Below are positions 56,493 to 64,000 of a stretch of DNA of 64,000 nt, piece by piece. The position numbers were made by a program, and so were the translations under genes. Numbering within the stretch: the stretch's first letter is position 1; each line of letters begins with the position of its first letter. Below the pieces are notes generated by a model that was not told the DNA's origin, did not search any database, and was given only the letters and a program-made list of their open reading frames with translations. This DNA is from Azolla caroliniana (lineage: Eukaryota; Plantae; Polypodiophyta): contig JBHGNT010000013.1 of assembly GCA_043228905.1 (NCBI GenBank), forward strand, positions 11,470,001 through 11,534,000. The letters run 5' to 3'.

Positions 56493-57245
56493 GGATTATG
56501 TGCATCCCCAAAATCTGTTTCGCCAGACCCATATCTTTCATTGTGAATGACCAGCTCAAGGCCTTCTTCAACATCTTGATCTTGATACAGTTCCGTCCGA
56601 TGATCAATATGTTGTCCACGTACAAGAGGAGTATTAGGAAGTCTCCTTCGTCAAACTTCTTCACGAACACGCAGTGGTTAGCCTGCGTCTTGTGGTATCC
56701 TTGGTCGGTCATGACGGAGTCGAACTTCCAGTACCATTGCCTAGGGGCGTGCTTCAGTCCATACAGGCTCTTCTTTAACCGTCACACTAGGTTCTCCTTC
56801 CCTTTCTTGACGAATCCCTCCGGCTACTACATATAGATCTCCTCCTCGAGGTCCCCATGAAGGAACACTGTCTTAACATCGAGTTGTTCAACCTCGAGGT
56901 CCATGCTCACTGTTATACTCAGCACCGTCCGAATGGATGTCATCTTGAGTACCGGGGCAAAGATCTCGTCAAAATCCTCTCCTTTCTTCTATTGGAACCC
57001 CTTCACCATGATCTGGGCTTTGTACCTCGGTGTATTTCCGGAGTCTCCTGGTTTCAGCTTGTACACCCACTTGTTTCGGAGCACTCTCTTTCCTTTCGGC
57101 AGCTCCGTCAATTCATATGTATAGTTCTCATGCAGGTAATCCATCTCATCATGCATGGCATTCAACCGGTTGTGGCTGTGGATGTCTTTCTTTGCTTCTC
57201 GAAGCAAAGGTAAGTAGTCGGAGTGGGAAGTCCAAGAAGCCGTTC
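56493..57245 (-). mobile_element. Copia RT fragment
   Basis: 'LPKGKRVLRNKWVYKLK', 'LDVKTVFLHG' and 'LLYVD'. Confidence 0.88.
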
Positions 57246-57249
57246 GGAA

Positions 57250-58385
57250 AGTAGCTAAGGAATGGGTGGAAGAAGCTAATCAAAATAATGTTGTCAGAAT
57301 GTTCTAGGATAATGAGTTATCAAATAAGGAGAAATTTGTTCCTCAGGCCGAGACATTCCCAGTGCAGGAAGAAGAGGAGGCTTGGAAGATTTTGGCTGAT
57401 TGTCAAGTATTAGTACCTTTGTCAGGGTTACTGAAATTAGTGCCTCATTTTACAGAAAAGGTGGCAACTCTTCTTGTACAAAAAAATGCAGAGCAAGTAT
57501 CGGTTAATTATAGCCAGCCAAGCAATGGTCTGACAATCATGGATGAACAAAGCCTTTCAATAAAAGTGATAATTCAAGGGCAAGAGGTGTCCAAAACAAT
57601 TGTCAATGGTGGTTTAGGAGTCAATGTCATCAATAAGATTACTTGTGATAAACTTGGAATTACCAAGTGGCATGCATGTCCTTTCTAGTTAAGAATGGCA
57701 GACACAAGCACAATCCGACCACTTGGGTTCATCCGGCAGTTAGATGTCATCTTAAGGGGCCATTTCTTTTAGATATCGGCAGTGGTGCTTCATTTGGATG
57801 CTCCTGGAGCATATCCACTCCTGTTAGGTCGATCATGGTTAAAAACGGCTAATATTAAGCAGAACTGGAAAAAGAAAGACCTAGAACATTCAGGAAGGGT
57901 AAAACTAAAATCCGGATATCAACTCAGGACAAAGTCAATATGGCTCATTAATGTCTACCAGTCCATGCAAAGTCAGTTCATATGATGGAAGGACTCGATG
58001 AAGCGGAGGAAGACCGGTATTTTAACGACAATCCAAAAATCATTCCCTTATTCAAAGTAGACATTTGCAGACACTCACTTCTTATATAGAAGACAAGGAA
58101 GATGAAGTTCCAGTAGATGAGCGAACATTAAAAGAGATTCGATTGTAGCAGGAAGCCACTAAAAAGGAAATGCGGGTGTCTCAAAGAGTACAAGCATCAG
58201 CACTAGAGGAATTAAATTTAGCAGACACCAATGCAAAACCTAAGACTATACTAATAGCCAAAGAAATGTGAGCAGCTAAAAAGGAGGAATTAAAGAATTT
58301 ATTGAGACAATATAAAGATGTCTTTGCTTGGTCATTCGAAGACATGAAAGGATTAGATCCAACATTTTGCCAACATTAGATAAAT
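57250..58385 (+). mobile_element. Degenerate Gypsy (Tat/Athila-like) protease-to-RT fragment, interrupted by DNA transposon copy 2
   Basis: 'IVNGGLGVNVI', 'YPLLLGRSWL' and 'YKDVFAWSFEDMKGLDP'. Confidence 0.8.
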
Positions 58386-58743
58386 AACACGTTCGCGTTC
58401 ACAAGTGGAAGGATTGCGCATAAATGGAAGGATAAGGGAAATTTTAGGGCTTTTTCAATGATTTTACAAAACACATTGATACCAGTATCATACATGTTCA
58501 AACATACTATGAAAAAGGTTAAAAATCCACTATTTTCGTGATTTAGAAGTAACTAAAAAAAGACGAATTTCAAAAAGATACATTCTCAATTTATATCACA
58601 AACTTTACAACCAATGTTATTTTATAAGAAACGATTTTTTAGAAATCATAAGAATTCAAAACACATGCTTTTATATTACTCGATTTGTTACAAGCGGAAT
58701 GTAGTTACACTTAATAGCCAAATATACATTCATGATCACTCCT

Positions 58744-61524
58744 TTATGGAGAATCACTACTATAACTAATATACAATGACGATTCCTCCTCATCATCCTC
58801 GGATGTACCAATCAGTGCATTATCTTCGTCATAAACCAAATGGTTTGACTCTAGATTATATGTAGTAGATCTCGTTTGCCTTTGACTCGAGCCACCTTGT
58901 AGACCTGGTAATTTTTCTTTTATTATATCTATTGTTGACTTCCTTAATTGTCCGACTTTTGTAAGTGTGAAGTCGTACACGATGATATCCACATAAGAGA
59001 TATCAAGGGTCGAGGTGTTACGAATGTTTCGCTTCCTCTTCCTACCTCCCCTTCTTGTTGGGCATTCAATCATCTCCAATGTATACTTACCTGTAAAAGC
59101 ATTTGCACTTCTAGTGTTGTACCAATGAACATTTATAGACTTGATCATGTTTTCTATTTCATGCATTAGCACTTCTAGAATTTTACCAACCCAAAATTGG
59201 TGGCCATGTGAGTTCTCATCAGCCGGCGTTGCAATCAACATCCCCGCAGTGAGCTCTTGCAAATTGCCTTGCCATCTAGCTTCAGTTGCTTTGGTCATCC
59301 TTGGTCCCACATAAATGTCTCTTTGTTGTGGATGGACTAAGCTGTCATTAATCGCATTTACTAGTTGCTCCGGAGTTCTATTTACGCGATCATGTTGCAG
59401 CGACCATGTGAATGGCGTTTCCAAATTCCAATTATCAACAGATACACAATTGTCTATAATTTCTTTCTGATCACTATAAAATACATCCCACCATGACATG
59501 TCTTGTTGTGCGGCATATTTCTTGGCGGCCTCAATATGCTTTCTTTTTTCTTCTAAGGCTTGGAGCCATGACCGTTTTTGTTCTGATACCAAGTCGCTTT
59601 GCAACTGTCCTTTCTTCTCAATTGGCATTTGCTTAGCTCCATGGACAATTGTACTCGGCAAACAAAGTAATAACTGGCAACCACCTTCAGGTTCCCATGT
59701 TGTAGAAGATGAATATTGTTTAGCATACAAAAGTGTAGAACCACTTATTCCATTTTTCTTTATCATAAAAATGTGATTGAAACTTATATTGTTTAACTGA
59801 GCAAGCACTTTAACATTCCCACCACCCCCATCTAATATATATCTCTTAAAGTCATATACCTCCTTCAAGTGTAACACTTTTGGGCGTGGTGTATATGCAT
59901 CACAAATGACATCAAATAGTTTAGGTAAAGTGAAAGCATCATGCCGAAACAACTATCTGGAGAATGTGCTAAACATCTGATCTATATGGTCATGTGTGTG
60001 GCCAACCAAAAGGAAATTGACTTTCACTTTCCTAAACAATTCTTGGTTGACCAACATACTTAGATAGCCAAATACAGTTGAATTTTTGTTCTCTCTAGCA
60101 GTATTGTCCAATTGAATGTATAGAACAGGGGGGGAAGGTTGGCTCCAAGACATCAAAACTCGGTGAATCACTGTAACTGTTAGGTTAGGGTCATTGTGAA
60201 CATTGGGGTAAGTAATGAAGACGTGAGGTCGAACAAACCTATTATAAGCCAAGCATCCCACCAAGTGCATTTGAACAAGGCACTCATCATTGACATCTTT
60301 GGGGAGCCTCCGCATATGCGGCAAGCATGTCTTCTTCTGCTCCATGCCATCTATCATTAAGCACATGTATTGTTCGGGCCTCTTCAAACACTTCTCTCTA
60401 TGATGCATCGCCTTCTTTCGTTCTAAGGATTGTGCCTCATGATGCTCTTGTAGTAACTTCTTACTCGTATCCTTTTCCATTGATGTCTTTGCACCTTTAG
60501 CCAAACTTTTAAGATTTGCACAAATGGAGCAATACCCCATACGTACTTTACGAGGAATAATAACATTTGAAAACCGAGCTCTCCATAATCTTGTGAATTG
60601 GCTATAGGTGATAGACTTATTACGTGAGCCCAGCATATCAGATCAATAGACATCATAAACTTCCCGACGTGTATAATTATCAGAAAGGTGCATCCTACCT
60701 GTAGTGGGCATTACTTCACAATTTAACTGAAAGAAAGTTTTCATCCAACCAATAGCATGTCTTCCAATTGCACCTTTCATACTTGGAACCTCTTTACAAT
60801 TGAGCATCTGATCCCCGCTAAGTAGACGTTGTTGTACTCTATGTAGCCGCATGTTACTAACACATAACACAATTTTGAATGCAACTCTACATATCTGTTG
60901 CATATGTTACTAACACATAACACATGATACTTTGATCCCCGTACATTTGTTAGATACTAGTTGCATATGTGACCCAAGGTAAGTGTCTTGCTCATCACCA
61001 GTCATCGAAAAATAGTATCGCCTTAATTCTCGCAACTTTGATTTTCCAATCATAGACATACAACCACGGGCACAGCATATTTTTTTGACATCAAATCCAA
61101 TCTGTTTATCTGATGTCACCAAGCTAAATCCAGCCAGACGAATTCTTCGTGGGATTCTTCTAATATGCATAGGGCTCCCAGATTTCTCTTCCTGCATAGA
61201 GGTTGGTGTAACCTTGTTACAATCTAATTCTCTGTTGTGACCATCGCCAATGTTATTCAATGTTTCCTGGGCACTACCTTCATTCTCCGTATCTTTATTA
61301 ATATCGTATTCTTCAATAGAGAACTCTTCATATGTGTCATTATTTACATTCCCTGTAGATGAGCTCAAACAATATTCTTCGATAGAATATGGTGAGTCTG
61401 TCGACAGACAATATTCTTCAATCGAATATGGTGACTCTGTCGACAAACAATACTCTTCAGTAGAAAACGATGAGTCTGATGACAAACAATATTCTTCAAT
61501 CGAGAACGGTGAATCTTCACTCAT
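58744..61524 (-). pseudogene. DUF7869/Sola-like transposase, copy 2, with premature stops
   Basis: Consecutive ORFs 60910-61692, 60643-60903, 59953-60636 and 58744-59952 are nearly identical to the copy 1 protein. 'GHTHDHIDQMFS' is retained. Confidence 0.88.
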
Positions 61525-62358
61525 GGCTCTGTAAGTTATGTGCTTAGGGTAAGGAAAAAAACTAATAAGCTCCTCTCTAAACATATACTCCTCTCTAAAC
61601 ATATACTCCTCTCTAAACATAAACTTCTCTCTAAACAAAAGCCAAATCAATAGAATGTCTATATTATGTAATATTATATTAATACAATACATAAAAATTT
61701 TATTTTTAATAAAGTAATTGTATTTAAAATATCAATTATTATTTAAACTACATCTATATGAAGTTAAATCAAGTATAATATAAATCTAATCATTAACAAG
61801 CCATAAATATGTTGGATTAATGTTAAAATAATTGGCTAATTAATGGCACCCATTTTGATATAGAACCTCTCACTCATTGGTTCTTTAATGCTCACCATTT
61901 TAAATATTAGACTTATCAATCATTGGTTAATTCATGCCCACATCTTTAATACACAGCATTTGAGAGTCATAAAAATTGTTGCTTTTAGTAATCAATCATT
62001 GGTACATTCATGAACCTCTATCATTGTCTCCTTCATGACCTTTGAAGTCATTGCAGGTTGTTATGACTATAAAAGATTGATCAATATGTTAGTTTGACTT
62101 TGTAATCATTAATGCAATCATAAGTTACTCTAGTTAATGTGACTGTGGTTACCAACTAACTATCCTCAAACTTACCAACCTTGGTTAAGGTGACTATGGT
62201 TACTTTAACCAATGTGGTCAATCCCTATAAATAGGAAGACCTCGTCATATTTCACTCACAAGAGCGTACAGAGCGTACAGAGCGTACAGAGCACACAAAG
62301 CACACAAAGCACAAAGCACAAAAGCGCAATCTCCGCCTCCACTGCCACACGATCAACC

Positions 62359-64000
62359 ATGTCTTCAAAGAGAATCGAGCGCGAGGACTCCAGGTAGGCC
62401 TTTGACACTGTGGACATTTTTGTAAATATGTTTTGTCGCTCAAGAACTCGATACGCTGTCGTAGTGTATTTTGTACACTACGTGAAAAACGTATATAGTA
62501 TTAGATTCAATAAAAAATGAAGAAATAGAAGAAAATAGCAAAATAAATGGAACATGCATAGGGCAAGATTCAAACCTTGCACCTCCATGTTAATAATGTA
62601 ATGTCTTACCATTACACTAGCATTTCATTAGTGTTAAAGCATAGATGTCCCACATAGAAAGGTAAATTCACGCTAGGATAAACATTAGAAAAACGCATAA
62701 CAAAAGAAAAAGCTACACATACACATCTAGCGTGCATGATAAAAAACGCACAAGTTAGAAAAAAGCATGATCACTTTAGATAAAGCATATAGTCTATCTA
62801 TAGGAAAAGCATGGGGTCTATAGTTAGAGAAAAAGCATGGATTACTAAGACTTCCTCATCACTACATAAGGATGGGGAGCACAAGGTAATTGTGTGTGAA
62901 AAATATTTGGAAACTAGATATGTTTCTAAAAAACACCAATTAATAAACTATACTCGTGGGATTCACGAGAATTCTATATCATTCTCTTTCAACCGAAGTT
63001 TATATTCTTATATTCATATTGATTAATCTAATACAATACACTCGTGGGATTCACGAGTTTGCTATAACTCTTTCTTACAACATATTTATATTCTTATTAG
63101 CCTTAAAACTCTCCTCTTCCTAGTCCAAAACCCCAGCGGTTCCCACCCGACTCACGCAAACGATCCGGAGCCGAAAGGCACGACAACGCTGTATCGAGTT
63201 CCTATATACAATACAAACTTTATACAGGAACTCGATACGGCGTATCGAGTTCATAATTTTTTTTTGCTTTTTAAACAGGAACTCGATACGACGTATCGAG
63301 TTCGTGTTTAAAACCTAAACTTTAAACGGGAACTTGATACGCCGTATCGAGTTCCTGTATAAAAGAAGGCTCTGAAAGAGAAAATTGTGTTTTTGGGGTA
63401 ACAATTAATTATTGTGTGGAAAAGATACCAAATTGTCTGTCAAAATCAGTCTTTTTTATGTTGACTTGCCTTACTTTTAAAAAAAAACATGCCCTAATTA
63501 TAGGTGTTTTATGACCTACTATAGCTTAAAATAGTAGAAAATGATCCACAAATTGCCTTTATGATAGCAAATTCTCCTCAATATAGGTTTGGAATCTATA
63601 TAAGTCATACCTACTCTTTAAAAGAATATATAACCCTGTTTACTTATTACGATATATATTTTCTAGTTTGAATAGTCCTGCCTAGAATAGATTTTTGAAT
63701 ATAGGACTACCATGTACTCTGAATGCATGATTGATATTTTCACTTCACCACTAATCACCTGCTAGTGAGAACTGTTCTTCATCTTCATATTTATATTTTA
63801 ATATACAACCTTAATCTACGTGACCACCTAACTTATGTTTTTGCATATACTTTCTTAAATAGGTTGTTTGAGAACCTGTCGGACCGACTTGTGAAGAAAA
63901 TAAAGCTTTGAATACAGGGTTCTCCAATCGAAGCCCAGACCAAGGTAGTTCCTGAGACCATGAAGAGAGGAAAAAAGCTTCTCTTCAACGAGGAGACAAA
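62359..64000 (+). CDS. Putative spliced accessory gene (exon 1 62359-62393, intron 62394-63862, exon 2 from 63863), product unknown, one in-frame TGA
   Basis: TATAAATA at ~62226, donor CAG|GTAGG, branch-point-like CTAAC at ~63828, acceptor TAG|. The joined frame reads MSSKRIEREDSRLFENLSDRLVKKIKL*IQGSPIEAQTK. Confidence 0.45.
63185..63360. repeat. Cluster of palindromes GAACTCGATACG-N-CGTATCGAGTTC
   Basis: Three full copies (~63228, 63279, 63330) plus half-sites at ~63190 and ~62444. Confidence 0.88.

Larger units (their letters stand above)
58386..64000 (-). mobile_element. AACAC-TIR DNA transposon copy 2 (near-identical to copy 1 over 58386-62251; probably extends past the window end)
   Basis: The TIR AACACGTTCGCGTTCACAAGTGGAAGGATTGCGCAT is at 58386, preceded by AAAT (predicted TSD). 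Collinear with the reverse complement of 13078-16941. The extent beyond 62251 is inferred. Confidence 0.8.

Noticed and set aside
63365-63480. MULE-like TIR end at ...TTGACTTGCC (63470)
   Set aside because: No partner TIR or 9-bp TSD was found in the window. It remains an alternative explanation for the palindrome cluster.

Overview
Plant nuclear, TE-dominated DNA. It is most likely from a fern or another seed-free plant; this is an inference from the PLS-PPR style, the Tcn1/Tf1-like chromoviruses and the microsatellite load. Most of the window is nested, mostly decayed LTR retrotransposons: several Copia pieces, three or four chromovirus Gypsy copies and one Ylt1/Chara-like Gypsy. Two LINE 3' ends are also present. 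Host genes are a PLS-E-DYW PPR pseudogene (~44.96-47.57 kb) and a spliced HVA22-like gene on the minus strand (~49.3-51.3 kb). Two features stand out. (1) Four relatives of a DNA transposon carry a ~926-aa DUF7869/Sola-like transposase. They have 5'-AACAC...GTGTT-3' TIRs and 4-bp TSDs (two complete cases). Two of them also appear to carry a divergently transcribed spliced accessory gene next to arrays of a shared 15-bp palindromic core. (2) tRNA-like A-box/B-box modules sit at the outer U3 edge, pointing outward, in the LTRs of five different Gypsy-type families. All calls were made by eye, with no database searches.
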